A stretch of 64,000 nt of DNA from an uncultured Nitrospiraceae bacterium (GTDB taxonomy: Bacteria; Nitrospirota; Nitrospiria; Nitrospirales; Nitrospiraceae). The notes under the pieces are model-generated. The model searched no databases. It had not been told where the DNA came from and saw nothing but the letters and a program-made list of their open reading frames with translations. Below, in pieces: positions 20,110 through 30,954 of the stretch. Within the stretch, counting starts at the first letter, position 1, and the number at the start of each line of letters is the position of its first letter. Made by a program: the position numbers and the translations under genes. Where the stretch lies: contig CAVSTP010000003.1 of assembly GCA_963730935.1 (NCBI GenBank), positions 512,001-576,000 on the forward strand, read 5' to 3'.

Positions 20110-21024
20110 TCAGCGCCACACGAATTTGGGAAGTACCGGTGCTCCGGTTACCGATTGGCGAACAATAGACCAAAACTCACGCACTTTGGCCTGGACCGGC
20201 TCGGTTTCCTGGCCGAGGACCTTGAAGACCAACCCTGCGTCGTTGGGCAGCCTCGAGGCACCGGCGGTCCACTCTTCCTCTAAGTTCACCACCGCAGGGA
20301 TCTGTTCGAAGACCGTATTGGCGTGATGTTTGGGTGTGAGCAACAGGACGTTGGCGAACACATCGAACGTGCCCATGACTCCCACCTGACGCACGTTATG
20401 CGCGTGCGGCTCGATGACAAACTTCTCTGTGAATAGTTCGGCGCCATCGGGCCGTTGGGCCTGAACAGTGGAAGAAAAGACATCATATTCAAACAGCTCT
20501 CCCTCACCGTGATACTTGCGACCTCCCATCATGATCTCGGAGTAGAGCAGCGTGGAGCTGGACGGTATGCGGATGTGGGTGGTGGTGATGAAGCGGGCAT
20601 GTGCGTGTGGGATGACCGGATCAGGGAGATATTCCAGGTACGCATTCTCACCCAAGACGATGTGCTGAGTTTGGGCTGCATAATTCGCATCCATCGAGTG
20701 GATTTTTGTGGCGGCCTGCGTCGTGACATGAGCGCGCGTATCGGGCGCGAGGTCGATTTCAATGTTGAACCGGTCGCCCTGCAGGATGGACCCCGTGGTT
20801 GTGATGATAAAGACGCAAGGCAGATCGGGCAGCGCTTCATCCCAGTACAGTGCCTGCTGCACCAGGAGCGGGGCGCGACGATCCAGATGCGCCAGCACGG
20901 TGCGCTCCCCGCGCCGTTCAAAACCGAGACGCAGGAACGCGTTCTTTCCCACGACACCGCTGGGCAGCTGCCCAGGCTCATCCTGAAACGAAGCAAGTTC
21001 CGGGGGCACATGAGAAGTTGTCAT
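20110..21024 (-). CDS. ureD: Urease accessory protein UreD
   Basis: [26 protein letters not shown]; last gene of the ure operon. Confidence 0.92.
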   Translation of the reverse strand: MTTSHVPPELASFQDEPGQLPSGVVGKNAFLRLGFERRGERTVLAHLDRRAPLLVQQALYWDEALPDLPCVFIITTTGSILQGDRFNIEIDLAPDTRAHVTTQAATKIHSMDANYAAQTQHIVLGENAYLEYLPDPVIPHAHARFITTTHIRIPSSSTLLYSEIMMGGRKYHGEGELFEYDVFSSTVQAQRPDGAELFTEKFVIEPHAHNVRQVGVMGTFDVFANVLLLTPKHHANTVFEQIPAVVNLEEEWTAGASRLPNDAGLVFKVLGQETEPVQAKVREFWSIVRQSVTGAPVLPKFVWR

Positions 21025-21659
21025 GCGTGCGTCTGGTTGAATGTCATGTCGAACAGCACATTCTGCTGGATGAGTGTGACCAGTTCCATAATGCCCTCAC
21101 CCGTTTTGCAATTGGTAAAGACAAAGGGTTTGTCCCCACGCATTATTCTAGAATCCTTGTCCATCACCTCCAGGCTCGCGCCCACGTATGGGGCGAGGTC
21201 AGTCTTGTTAATGACCAGGATGTCAGACTGGGATATGCCCGGCCCATTTTTCCTCGGAATCTTGTCGCCCGCCGCAACATCAATCACATAGATGAAGAAA
21301 TCGACCAGCGCGGGACTAAAGGTCAGGGTGAGGTTGTCGCCGCCGCTCTCGATGAGCACGAAATCGCTGTCGGGGAACCGGGCTTCCATATCTTCCACTG
21401 CGGCGAGATTCATGCTGGGATCTTCACGCACGGCCGTGTGCGGGCAGGCTCCGGTCTCCACGCCGATAATCCGCTCTTCGAGCAAGACGCCTTTCAAGGT
21501 GCGCTGGACGTGCTTGGCATCTTCCGTGGTGACGATATCATTGGTAACGATCAAGATTTTGACCCCCATCTTGACAAAGATAGGGGTCATGGCCTCGATG
21601 ATGGCAGTTTTACCTGAACCTACCGGACCGCCGACGCCGATTCGTGTTATTTTCTTCAT
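21021..21659 (-). CDS. ureG: Urease accessory GTPase UreG
   Basis: [36 protein letters not shown]. Confidence 0.97.
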   Translation of the reverse strand: MKKITRIGVGGPVGSGKTAIIEAMTPIFVKMGVKILIVTNDIVTTEDAKHVQRTLKGVLLEERIIGVETGACPHTAVREDPSMNLAAVEDMEARFPDSDFVLIESGGDNLTLTFSPALVDFFIYVIDVAAGDKIPRKNGPGISQSDILVINKTDLAPYVGASLEVMDKDSRIMRGDKPFVFTNCKTGEGIMELVTLIQQNVLFDMTFNQTHA

Positions 21660-21675
21660 ACAATGCCCTGGTGAG

Positions 21676-22503
21676 TCAGTTCATGAACATGCGTACGTGC
21701 GCCTTAACATGCGCGGCAGCCAGGATGTCGAGTGAGGGTGAGAACGTCGCCATCTCGTCGAGTGAGGCCCCCGATACGCGCTCGTACTCGATTTCTGTGG
21801 AGGCGTTGACCTCAAAGAGAATGGCTTGTGCGTCGAAGTGATGAATCTTCATGAGCCGCAACGAAGCACTCAGGATCATGCTCGCCGTGCCGTATTGATA
21901 TACAGCAAAGGCATCGTATTCGGGCAAGCCGAGTCCGGCAAACAGCAGGCCAAGCCCGACAGGATAGGTGCCGGGGGTTTCCTTGCGTTCGACGTGCCCC
22001 AGCCAGTCCGTCAGGAGCGGCGTCTGGATCAGGCGGTTCGACAGCTCGCCGAGCTTCTTTCCCATACGCACGGTCATGGACCGCATCTCCTCGTTCATCT
22101 TGCGGTTGAAGAGAGTGACGTCCGCTCGTAGTACTCCGGTCAAATCCTGCGTGCGCGCCGCCCGGTGTGTCACCAGCAGAGCAATGGCATCAGCGGATGC
22201 CGACTGGCGGGTTGTGGTCATGACGAATTGGCGCAGCGTCTCCAAGTCATGAACAATACGATGTTGGATCGCGGACTCTAGTCCATTGGAAAAGGAAAAG
22301 GCACCGACCGGGAGCACCGAGTCGCCAAATTGCAGGATTCGCATCAACTCGGTGATCTTCGGCTGACGATGCCCGGATCGTGTGATTGACGACGGGGTAT
22401 GGTTCGATTCCCCATTGACTTGCGGAGTAGGTTTTTCAACCAGCTCGGGGATTGACGGGGAATGCTCCGACGATCCTGGGTAGGTTTTGATCCTAATGGA
22501 CAT
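21676..22503 (-). CDS. ureF: Urease accessory protein UreF (start uncertain)
   Basis: [20 protein letters not shown] and C-terminal HVRMFMN. Confidence 0.92.
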   Translation of the reverse strand: MSIRIKTYPGSSEHSPSIPELVEKPTPQVNGESNHTPSSITRSGHRQPKITELMRILQFGDSVLPVGAFSFSNGLESAIQHRIVHDLETLRQFVMTTTRQSASADAIALLVTHRAARTQDLTGVLRADVTLFNRKMNEEMRSMTVRMGKKLGELSNRLIQTPLLTDWLGHVERKETPGTYPVGLGLLFAGLGLPEYDAFAVYQYGTASMILSASLRLMKIHHFDAQAILFEVNASTEIEYERVSGASLDEMATFSPSLDILAAAHVKAHVRMFMN

Positions 22504-23095
22504 GATCATGCGGGTGAGCGTGATCATGTGGGTGATCGTGATCCTCCACATGAGAATGGACTGGCCCCTCGGCTCCGCCAAACAGACGTCGGGATTCATG
22601 GGGTGCGAGGTAAGGAATGACTTCAGATCCAGGGACAAAGTCGTAGGTGACCCCGCGAAATGCATGAGTCTTCATCACAGAGGCCATAACTTTTTTGTCT
22701 ACTGTGAGAGGAATAAACACGCGATTCCCTTTGACGACAGCAGGCCAATGCTGGTTGCCCAGGGCATGGCCTAGCTCCACACATGTACGAACAAGCATCT
22801 CCGAGGCCTGCGTCTGCAGTGCTCCCAACTCGACCACCATCACTTCTTTGAGGGTGATTCGGGCGACAGTAGCAGCCTGTCGAGCCTCGTCCCACACCAG
22901 GACGTCCCCATCTCGCAAGAGGATGCCACGTGGCAACGAGATGGCCAGATCAATGCCGTTCTGACTCAATTTCCGCAAGCGGCTCTTTTGCGCTTCCCAC
23001 TGGTCGAGCGCCAGCCAATCCAGCGTCGCGTGTTCCAGGCGTGATTTCCAGGCGGTTTCGTGAATGTTGCCGGTGATGGTTTCGATGACGAGCAT
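22493..23095 (-). CDS. ureE: Urease Ni metallochaperone UreE with His-rich tail
   Basis: KSRLR, LRDGDVL, GHALGNQHWP; tail [21 protein letters not shown]. Confidence 0.93.
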   Translation of the reverse strand: MLVIETITGNIHETAWKSRLEHATLDWLALDQWEAQKSRLRKLSQNGIDLAISLPRGILLRDGDVLVWDEARQAATVARITLKEVMVVELGALQTQASEMLVRTCVELGHALGNQHWPAVVKGNRVFIPLTVDKKVMASVMKTHAFRGVTYDFVPGSEVIPYLAPHESRRLFGGAEGPVHSHVEDHDHPHDHAHPHDHVH

Positions 23096-23249
23096 AGGAT
23101 TGGTATTATGAAATGCTCCTGGCCCGTAAATCAACTTCGACGGGCCGTGACCAAGCGCAATTGCATCAAGCCTTCACCCAGTCTCAATCCCAATCTGACA
23201 AGCACAACCCGAGGACCATGCTGAACTCGAGGTAGAGAACGGCCGTGCC

Positions 23250-24968
23250 TCAGCTAAAGAAGTAGAGCTGATTCAGAGAGATGGATTTGGCGGGTTGAAC
23301 AGTGGCATGGACACCATCCACCTTGACGGCAAAGGTTTCAGGATTCACCTCAATTTTTGGCGTCAGCCCGTTGCGCACCATGTCCCGTTTCGTAATCGTG
23401 CGTGTGCCATACACAGGCATGACCTTGCGTTTAAGGCCCAACTTGCTCGCAATACCGTTGTCATAGGCGGCACGCGACACAAAGCTTACGCAAGTCTCGG
23501 AAAGGGCCTGGCCGAATGCGCCGAACATCGGGCGGTAAATAACCGGTTGAGGTGTCGGCAGGGACGCGTTCGGATCTCCCATTATTGACCAGTTGATCAA
23601 GCCACCTTTGATGACCATTTTGGGCTTGGCCCCGAACATGGCCGGTTCCCAAAGGACGAGGTCCGCCATTTTTCCAGGGGTAATCGAACCAAGGACATGG
23701 GAGATACCCTGGGTGATTGCCGGATTAATGGTCACTTTTGCGACATAACGCAGCACGCGGAAGTTATCGTTGTTCGGAGAATCCTCCGGTAACTTACCGA
23801 GACCTTTCTTCATCGCATCGGCTGTCTGAATCGCACGCAACCAGTTCTCGCCGACCCGGCCCATGGCCTGCGAATCGCTCGAGAACATGGAGATCACACC
23901 CATATCGTGGAGCACATTCTCAGCGGCGATGGTTTCGGGGCGGACGCGACTCTCAGCAAAGGCCACGTCCGATGGCACCTTGGGGTTCAAGTTGTGGCAG
24001 ACCATAATCATGTCGAACAATTCCGCCATCGTGTTGACGCCATAGGGCAGCGTCGGATTCGTGGAACTTGGCAGCACGTTGAGTTCGCCCGCCACCTTGA
24101 TGATGTCAGGTGCGTGACCGCCGCCAGCACCTTCCGTGTGGTAGGTGTGGATCGTGCGACCTTCGAACGCCGCGATAGTATCCTCGACAAACCCGCCCTC
24201 GTTGAGGGTGTCTGTATGGATACAGACCTGGACATCCATGTCGTCGGCGACCGAGAGACTCGCTCGAATAGTTGAAGGGGTGGTCCCCCAATCTTCGTGA
24301 ATCTTGAAGCCTGCGGCGCCTGCCAGGACCTGTTCGACCAGGGGTGCTTCGCCTGAGCAGTTACCCTTGCCGAGAAATCCAAAGTTGATAGGCAGCCCTT
24401 CGACTGCCCGGAGCATCATTTCAAGGTTCCAACGTCCGGAGGTGATGGTCGTGCCGTTCGTGCCGTCGGTCGGTCCGATTCCGCCACCGAAGAAGGTGGT
24501 GACGCCGTTGCTCAATGCTGCGTAGACCTGCTGCGGCGAGATGAGATGGATGTGCCCATCGTTGCCCGCCGGCGTCAGAATCAAGTGCTCGGCAGTGATG
24601 GCATCCGTGGCCGGTCCGACCGTGAGTCCAGGGGTGACGCCATCCATGGTGCCGGGATTGCCGGCTTTACCGACGCCTACGATCTTGCCGTCTTTGATGC
24701 CGACGTCGGCTTTGACGACACCGAGGAGCGGGTCCACCACTGTGACGTTGGTGATCACCAGGTCGAGAGCACCGCCCTCGCTCGTGAGCTGGTTGTCCAT
24801 CCCCATGCCATCGCGCAATGTCTTGCCGCCGCCGTAGATGGCTTCATCACCGTATACGCGCAGATCCTTCTCGATTTCGATATAGAGGTCGGTATCACCC
24901 AAGCGGATCTTGTCTCCAACGGTCGGGCCGAACAGGCTCGCGTTTTCCTTTCGAGAAATCTGTGACAT
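23250..24968 (-). CDS. ureC: Urease alpha subunit
   Basis: Ni ligands [42 protein letters not shown]; flap MVCHNL. Confidence 0.98.
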   Translation of the reverse strand: MSQISRKENASLFGPTVGDKIRLGDTDLYIEIEKDLRVYGDEAIYGGGKTLRDGMGMDNQLTSEGGALDLVITNVTVVDPLLGVVKADVGIKDGKIVGVGKAGNPGTMDGVTPGLTVGPATDAITAEHLILTPAGNDGHIHLISPQQVYAALSNGVTTFFGGGIGPTDGTNGTTITSGRWNLEMMLRAVEGLPINFGFLGKGNCSGEAPLVEQVLAGAAGFKIHEDWGTTPSTIRASLSVADDMDVQVCIHTDTLNEGGFVEDTIAAFEGRTIHTYHTEGAGGGHAPDIIKVAGELNVLPSSTNPTLPYGVNTMAELFDMIMVCHNLNPKVPSDVAFAESRVRPETIAAENVLHDMGVISMFSSDSQAMGRVGENWLRAIQTADAMKKGLGKLPEDSPNNDNFRVLRYVAKVTINPAITQGISHVLGSITPGKMADLVLWEPAMFGAKPKMVIKGGLINWSIMGDPNASLPTPQPVIYRPMFGAFGQALSETCVSFVSRAAYDNGIASKLGLKRKVMPVYGTRTITKRDMVRNGLTPKIEVNPETFAVKVDGVHATVQPAKSISLNQLYFFS

Positions 24969-25027
24969 GCGGGTATCCTCTTTCTTGGCCCTCCCGGCCA
25001 ATTAGTGTGCCTTGCCGGCGTACCTAA

Positions 25028-25459
25028 TCAGGGTTTCTTGCTCTTAGATTTGAATCCACGTTCGTTGGCGCGCTCAAATCCTTTGTCGAGATTCGGCCGG
25101 TACCCCGGCGTCGGACCGGTTCCGGTCCAGCCGTCTACCAGATTGTTGAATCCGTAGATCCGTTGCTTGCCTCCGAATGGAACAAGGGTCACTTCCTTCT
25201 CGTCACCTGGCTCGAAGCGCAAGCCCGTCGATGCTGGAATGTCCAATCGTTGGCCAAACGCCGCTTTCCGATCAAATTCCAGGGCACGATTGACCTCAAA
25301 GAAATGAAAATGAGAACCCACTTGAATGGGACGGTCACCGGTGTTGCGCACTTTAATCTTGACAGTCGGTCGCCCAGCATTGATTTCAATTGGCTTGTCG
25401 GAAAGGACATAGCCACCGACTGGTGTCTTTGTCGCGGCGGGTGGTTTTTGAGTAGCCAT
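25028..25459 (-). CDS. ureB: Urease beta subunit
   Basis: [34 protein letters not shown]. Confidence 0.97.
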   Translation of the reverse strand: MATQKPPAATKTPVGGYVLSDKPIEINAGRPTVKIKVRNTGDRPIQVGSHFHFFEVNRALEFDRKAAFGQRLDIPASTGLRFEPGDEKEVTLVPFGGKQRIYGFNNLVDGWTGTGPTPGYRPNLDKGFERANERGFKSKSKKP

Positions 25460-25513
25460 TTTCCTTTGCCCTCCGTTGGGTTGGAACGTGCGTCTGGTGA
25501 TGTCTCTCAATTA

Positions 25514-25816
25514 CTACTGAATCGGCCCGTGCACGGTCACCAGGCGGCTGCCATCCGTAAAGACCGCCTCGAGCTGGACCAGCGGGATCATTTCTGCCAC
25601 GCCTTCCATGACATCTTCCCGCGTCAAGGTCGTCCGGGCTTCCTTCATCACCTGCTCCAAGGATTTTCCTTCCCGCGCTCCGTCCAGCGCTGAAGCTGTA
25701 ATCACCGCCACGGCTTCGGGGTGATTTAGCTTCAAGCCCTTCGCTTTGCGCTTCAACGCGACCTCAGCCATCATATAGATCATCAACTTGTCCAATTCTC
25801 TTGGTGTCAAATGCAT
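25514..25816 (-). CDS. ureA: Urease gamma subunit
   Basis: [39 protein letters not shown]. Confidence 0.97.
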   Translation of the reverse strand: MHLTPRELDKLMIYMMAEVALKRKAKGLKLNHPEAVAVITASALDGAREGKSLEQVMKEARTTLTREDVMEGVAEMIPLVQLEAVFTDGSRLVTVHGPIQ

Positions 25817-26016
25817 TTCATACTCCTTTGCAGTAGGGACCCGTACCTCTTCTTAGACAAAATTATCGTCACTACCGTCGCTTAATTGGGCGAAATTCTA
25901 GCCAAATAGTTTCTCCGTCGAAACTGTCAAATCTTACAGGTGTAGTTCCAGGAGGAGAGTGCTAGCCTTTCCTCCCTTGTGAAGCCGCACTGCATAATCG
26001 AGCTAAGGAGGCCTCT

Positions 26017-27066
26017 GTGACTCACCCTGCATGGCAAGATCAATTCCGAGATCATCCCACGCTGGGATTCATCGACTGGGTCTTGCGTGGAATCGGCCAG
26101 GTGGTATTCCAGAATAACCCGATTTCTGGAGCCGTGATTCTTGCAGGGATCTTCTACAACTCCTGGATCTACGGCACGGTGTGCCTGTTCGGCACAATTA
26201 TCAGCACGGCCACAGCCCTGTTTTTCAAAGCTGACAAAGGCATGATCAAGGCTGGGCTATTCGGATTCAACGGCGCGTTGATCGCCGTTGCGTTGGTGGC
26301 CTACACGAGTCCCAACTTCACCACAGGCGAGCTGCCCAATCTCTACCTCTGGTGCTATATCGTGCTTTGTGCCGCTTTCACGACGCTGATCATGCCCGCG
26401 TTTGGAGCCTTACTTGGTCCGCACAAAGTGCCGGGTCTGACGATGCCATTCGTGTTGGCCACCTGGTTCTTTCTCGGTGCGTTGTTGCAGTTCACGACGA
26501 TCGACGTCTCGGACGCCCTCAAGCCGACCTCTCCATCCGACTTTACAGGCCCGCGCCCGGACTATACCGGGATCACCTGGTTTCACGGCATCACGATGGG
26601 AATCGCCGAAATCTTTTTCCAGGACAACTGGGTGACTGGCATCGTCATCCTGATCGGCATTGCGATCAACACTCGCATCGGCGCTGTCATGGCGCTCATC
26701 GGATCGACTCTGGCCGTCGCCGCCGCAGTATTTTACGGTGCCCATGACCATGCAATCCGCGACGGCTTGTTCGGATATAACGCTGCGCTGACGGCGATGG
26801 CGCTCGGCGGCATGTTTCTTGTGTTCAACTGGCCCGGCTTCATCTATACGGTCATCGGCGTACTGGTGACTGCACGTGTATGGGCTTCACTCGGCATCTT
26901 TCTGGAACCCACCGGCATGCCGGTGCTGACCTCCGCGTTCGTCTTCGTCACCTGGTTGTTGCTCCTGGCGAGGAATGGGTTCCCCGGGCTGATCCCGGTT
27001 GCGCCGGCTGATGCCACCACGCCGGAGGAGAATCTGGCGAGGTACCGGGCGAGTCAGAAGAAGTAA
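26017..27066 (+). CDS. yut: Urea transporter (UT/Yut family channel)
   Basis: Duplicated halves LRGIGQVVFQNNP / GIAEIFFQDNW, GLFGFNG / GLFGYNA, GLTMPF / VLTSAF. Confidence 0.9.
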   Translation: MTHPAWQDQFRDHPTLGFIDWVLRGIGQVVFQNNPISGAVILAGIFYNSWIYGTVCLFGTIISTATALFFKADKGMIKAGLFGFNGALIAVALVAYTSPNFTTGELPNLYLWCYIVLCAAFTTLIMPAFGALLGPHKVPGLTMPFVLATWFFLGALLQFTTIDVSDALKPTSPSDFTGPRPDYTGITWFHGITMGIAEIFFQDNWVTGIVILIGIAINTRIGAVMALIGSTLAVAAAVFYGAHDHAIRDGLFGYNAALTAMALGGMFLVFNWPGFIYTVIGVLVTARVWASLGIFLEPTGMPVLTSAFVFVTWLLLLARNGFPGLIPVAPADATTPEENLARYRASQKK

Positions 27067-27159
27067 GGAATAACGTTCTTGGGAACACCGCTTCTCCTGC
27101 GCTCTTGCGAAAGTATTGAATGGCAATCGACTGATCGTGCATCTCGCTGGGGAGGAGGT

Positions 27160-27189
27160 TTGACACCCCGTAAGTCGCGGTGCTATTCT
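27160..27189 (+). promoter_or_regulatory. sigma70 promoter of nadE-amt-glnB-glnD-glnA
   Basis: TTGACA (27160-27165), 18 nt spacer, extended -10 TGc-TATTCT (27184-27189). Confidence 0.65.
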
Positions 27190-27203
27190 CCGCGCACGCA
27201 ATC

Positions 27204-27292
27204 GGAGACAACGGAGTCTCCAGATCACACGGAAACCTCTCACGGACAACGACGTCCTCGGTCCTAGTTAGGATCAGAGGACGTTTTTTTTT
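27204..27292 (+). promoter_or_regulatory. ANTAR-type twin-hairpin leader plus terminator (site 2)
   Basis: GGAGAC-AACGGA-GTCTCC (27204-27221), GGAC-AACGAC-GTCC (27244-27257); terminator GACGTCCTCGGTCCT..AGGATCAGAGGACGTT with T9 ending 27292, 4 nt before the nadE ATG. Confidence 0.85.
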
Positions 27293-27296
27293 GCCT

Positions 27297-29069
27297 ATGC
27301 GTACCTTTCGCATTGCCATGGTCCAGATGAATCCCACGGTGGGGGATCTGGACGGCAACGTGCGACGAATCATCGGATGGCTGCGAGAAGCCAAAAAGGC
27401 CAAGCCGGATCTGGTCGCGTTTCCCGAACTGGCCGTGACCGGCTATCCGCCGGAAGATCTGCTCTTGAAGCCGCAGTTCGTTGCAGACAATCGCCGCGCA
27501 TTGAACGAGGTGATTCGCGCCTGCCGTGACGCCGTCGCGGTGGTCGGATACGTCGGGCAAGGGCCTTTGACTGGCCTGCGGGAGGGAGCGGCAGCAGTTC
27601 TGCCGGCCGGTCGACACGAACTGTACAACGCCGCAGCAGTGATTGCCGACCGGAAGCTGGCCATGACGTATGCGAAATGGTACCTGCCCAATTACGGTGT
27701 CTTCGATGAGAGCCGCTACTTCAATCCGGGCTGCCGCCTGCCGCTGGTCACGGTCAAGGGAACCGTGGTTGGTGTGAATATCTGCGAGGACATTTGGCTG
27801 CCGGAAGGGCCTACTCGAGGCCAGGCCAATGCGGGAGCCGAGGTGATCGTCAACATCAATGCGTCGCCGTTCCATGTCGGCAAAAGCCGCTCGCGTGAGG
27901 AGATGCTGGCCACTCGCGCGCGGGACAACCGCGTGATCTTGACTTATACGAATATGGCCGGCGGACAGGATGAATTGATATTCGACGGCAACAGCGTCGT
28001 CATGGATTACACGGGAGAGGTCATCGCCCGTGCGAAGGGATTCGAAGAAGATCTCCTGGTGGTCGATCTCAATGTGGAGGCGGTCGCCAGAGCCAGGACG
28101 GCGGAAGGACGAAAACCCGAGTTGAGCCGAAAAGGGGCGGCCCCGATCGACCGGATCGTATTGAAAGGCGGACCGTCGCCCAGACGAGCCCGCTTGGTCC
28201 CGTCCATGGAGATGCTCGCCGATCCGTTGGACGAGGTCTATCGCGCGCTGACCCTGGGCGTCCGCGACTACGTCAAAAAGAACGATTTCAAGCAGGTGGT
28301 GATCGGTCTGAGCGGCGGGATTGATTCCGCCTTGACGGCTGTAATCGCCGTGGACGCGCTGGGAGCGGACAACGTGCTGGGCGTCTTCATGCCGTCGCCC
28401 TACACCTCTCGGGAAAGCCGTGATGACAGCCAGGAGTTGGCCCGCCGACTGGGGATTGAACTAAAAACGCTTCCGATCACGCCCCCCTTCAAGTCCTATC
28501 TCCAGACGCTCAAACCGGTGTTTGCCGAGACTAACGTTGGTACGACGGAGGAGAATCTGCAGGCGCGCATCCGCGGAAATCTTTTGATGGCGCTGTCCAA
28601 CAAATTCGGTCATCTTGTCCTGACCACGGGGAACAAGAGCGAAATGAGTGTGGGCTATGCCACGCTCTACGGCGACATGGCCGGCGGCTTCGCCGTGATC
28701 AAGGACGTGCCTAAGACGATGGTCTATGAATTGGCACGGCGTCGTAATGGCGTCGGGAACGCCGTGATCCCCAAACGCATTCTCGATCGGGCGCCGACCG
28801 CTGAGTTGCGGCCCCATCAAAAGGACGAGGACAGCCTTCCGCCGTATCCGGTGTTGGATCCGATCCTGAAAGCCTATGTCGAGGACGATCGATCGGTAGA
28901 GGAAATGGTTGAAATGGGATTCGATCGCAAGACCGTGCTGCGCGCCGTAGGACTGGTGGATCGGAGCGAATACAAGCGTCGTCAGGCGCCGGTCGGCATC
29001 AAGATCACGCATCGCGGCCTGGGAAAGGACCGCCGGATGCCGATCACGAACAAGTATCGGGGCCTGTAG
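27297..29069 (+). CDS. nadE: Glutamine-dependent NAD+ synthetase
   Basis: Nitrilase domain (FPELAVTGYPPEDLL, K..LPNYGVFDE, ICEDIW) plus GLSGGIDS, ENLQARIRG, TGNKSE, YATLYGD. Confidence 0.96.
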   Translation: MRTFRIAMVQMNPTVGDLDGNVRRIIGWLREAKKAKPDLVAFPELAVTGYPPEDLLLKPQFVADNRRALNEVIRACRDAVAVVGYVGQGPLTGLREGAAAVLPAGRHELYNAAAVIADRKLAMTYAKWYLPNYGVFDESRYFNPGCRLPLVTVKGTVVGVNICEDIWLPEGPTRGQANAGAEVIVNINASPFHVGKSRSREEMLATRARDNRVILTYTNMAGGQDELIFDGNSVVMDYTGEVIARAKGFEEDLLVVDLNVEAVARARTAEGRKPELSRKGAAPIDRIVLKGGPSPRRARLVPSMEMLADPLDEVYRALTLGVRDYVKKNDFKQVVIGLSGGIDSALTAVIAVDALGADNVLGVFMPSPYTSRESRDDSQELARRLGIELKTLPITPPFKSYLQTLKPVFAETNVGTTEENLQARIRGNLLMALSNKFGHLVLTTGNKSEMSVGYATLYGDMAGGFAVIKDVPKTMVYELARRRNGVGNAVIPKRILDRAPTAELRPHQKDEDSLPPYPVLDPILKAYVEDDRSVEEMVEMGFDRKTVLRAVGLVDRSEYKRRQAPVGIKITHRGLGKDRRMPITNKYRGL

Positions 29070-29090
29070 TGGGTGACGGAGAATGTCAGT

Positions 29091-29263
29091 CAGGATGCTC
29101 AAAAAGGCCGCCGTTTTCACCCGCCCCGCCCCCACGCGCCGAGACGCGTCGTTTCCACGAGGAGGCGCAGCGAGAAACGAGGCAGGCGAGAAGCAGCTGA
29201 CGGAGGAGTGCGCGTCCCGGCGCGACGGGGTGGGTGGGTGAGAACAGATTTTTCAGCGTCCTG
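29091..29263. repeat. MITE/REP-like element, family B-like, copy 2 (between nadE and amt)
   Basis: Ends caggatgctcaaaaa / tttttcagcgtcctg; same terminus type as the 57.9 kb copy. Confidence 0.7.
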
Positions 29264-29280
29264 CTACGAGAGGAGGCAGC

Positions 29281-30543
29281 ATGTGTGAGTGGCGTCGTGT
29301 AGGCGCGATGGTGGCTTGGTGGGTCCTCTCCGCATCGACGGTATGGGCCGATCAAACGGCGGAGGCGGTCATCGACAGCGGCGATGTTGCCTGGATGTTG
29401 GCGGCATCGGCGTTGGTCGTCGGAATGATGGTTCCGGGACTGGCGTTCTATTATGGCGGGCTGGTCCGCAGCAAGAATGTCATCAGCACGATGGTTCAGG
29501 CATTCTCGATTCTCTGTGTCGTGAGCCTGGTGTGGCTCCTCTGTGGATTCACGCTGTCGTTCGGCCCCGATCGAGGGGGCGTCATCGGAGGATTGGATTG
29601 GGCGCTCCTCATGGACGTCGGAGCGGCTCCTCATCCGGTCTATGCGCCGGCCTTCCCGCTTCAGGCGTTTATGCTCTTCCAACTGATGTTCGCCGCCTTC
29701 ACGCCTGCGTTGATTGCCGGGGCGTTTGCCGAACGCATCAAGTTCGGCGCAATGCTGCTGTTTGCCGGCCTATGGTCGGTATTCGTCTATACGCCCATTG
29801 CCCATTGGATGTGGGGAAACGGCTGGCTGGCGAGACTCGGTGCGATGGATTTTGCCGGAGGTGCGGTGGTCCATATCAGTGCCGGGTTCAGCGCGATGGC
29901 CTGCGCGATCGCCATTGGAAAGCGACGCGGCTGGCGCACCGATTATATGGCGCCGCACAATCTGCCGTTCATCTTATTGGGCGCGGGCATGTTGTGGCTG
30001 GGCTGGTTCGGATTCAACGGGGGCAGCGCGCGGGGCGCGAATGCCGTGGCGGTGAATGCGGTCACCATGACCCATCTCACGGCGGTCTCTGCCGCGCTGG
30101 CCTGGATGGTGGCGGAGTGGAAGCACCGTGGAAAACCGACGGTGCTCGGCATTGCGAGCGGCGCGGTGGCCGGCTTGGCTAGCTCAACCGCCGCAGCAGG
30201 CTTCATCGGCCCGTTGGCCGCTGTTGTGTTGGGAATGGCCGCAGGAATTTGCTCGTATATGGCAATTGTTTGGAAGGGGAAGATCGGCTATGATGACACG
30301 CTCGACGTGATGGGAACGCATGGCGTCGGCGGCATGCTCGGCATGGTGGGGGTCGGATTGTTTGCAGCGCACGGACATCTGGCGATGCAACTCGCTGCCG
30401 TGGTGGCCACCGCCGCCTTTTCTTTTCTCGGCAGCTACGCGATTTTAAAACTCATTGACGGAGCCATGGGTTTACGCGTGAGTCAAGAAGAAGAGGCGAC
30501 AGGTCTCGACCTGACCCAACACAACGAGCGGGCGTATTCGTGA
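29281..30543 (+). CDS. amtB: Ammonium transporter Amt (copy 1)
   Basis: FQLMFA, DFAGGAVVHISAG, WFGFNGGS, DDTLDVMGTHGVGG, GLDLTQHNERAY. Confidence 0.95.
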   Translation: MCEWRRVGAMVAWWVLSASTVWADQTAEAVIDSGDVAWMLAASALVVGMMVPGLAFYYGGLVRSKNVISTMVQAFSILCVVSLVWLLCGFTLSFGPDRGGVIGGLDWALLMDVGAAPHPVYAPAFPLQAFMLFQLMFAAFTPALIAGAFAERIKFGAMLLFAGLWSVFVYTPIAHWMWGNGWLARLGAMDFAGGAVVHISAGFSAMACAIAIGKRRGWRTDYMAPHNLPFILLGAGMLWLGWFGFNGGSARGANAVAVNAVTMTHLTAVSAALAWMVAEWKHRGKPTVLGIASGAVAGLASSTAAAGFIGPLAAVVLGMAAGICSYMAIVWKGKIGYDDTLDVMGTHGVGGMLGMVGVGLFAAHGHLAMQLAAVVATAAFSFLGSYAILKLIDGAMGLRVSQEEEATGLDLTQHNERAYS

Positions 30544-30598
30544 TGCTGAAAATTCACCTCCGCGTTCGGTCATGTGCGCTCCACGCCAACTCCTCTAG

Positions 30599-30946
<348 letters not shown>

Positions 30947-30954
30947 TACCGACC

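Noticed and set aside
25817..26016. ANTAR leader for ureA or yut
   Set aside because: No pair of A1/G4 hexaloop hairpins with an overlapping terminator seen on either strand; the ggaggagag/ctttcctcc hairpin has a 7-nt loop
27180..27296. N-terminal extension of NadE in the ORF track
   Set aside because: Overlaps the promoter and attenuator; homology begins at ATG 27297
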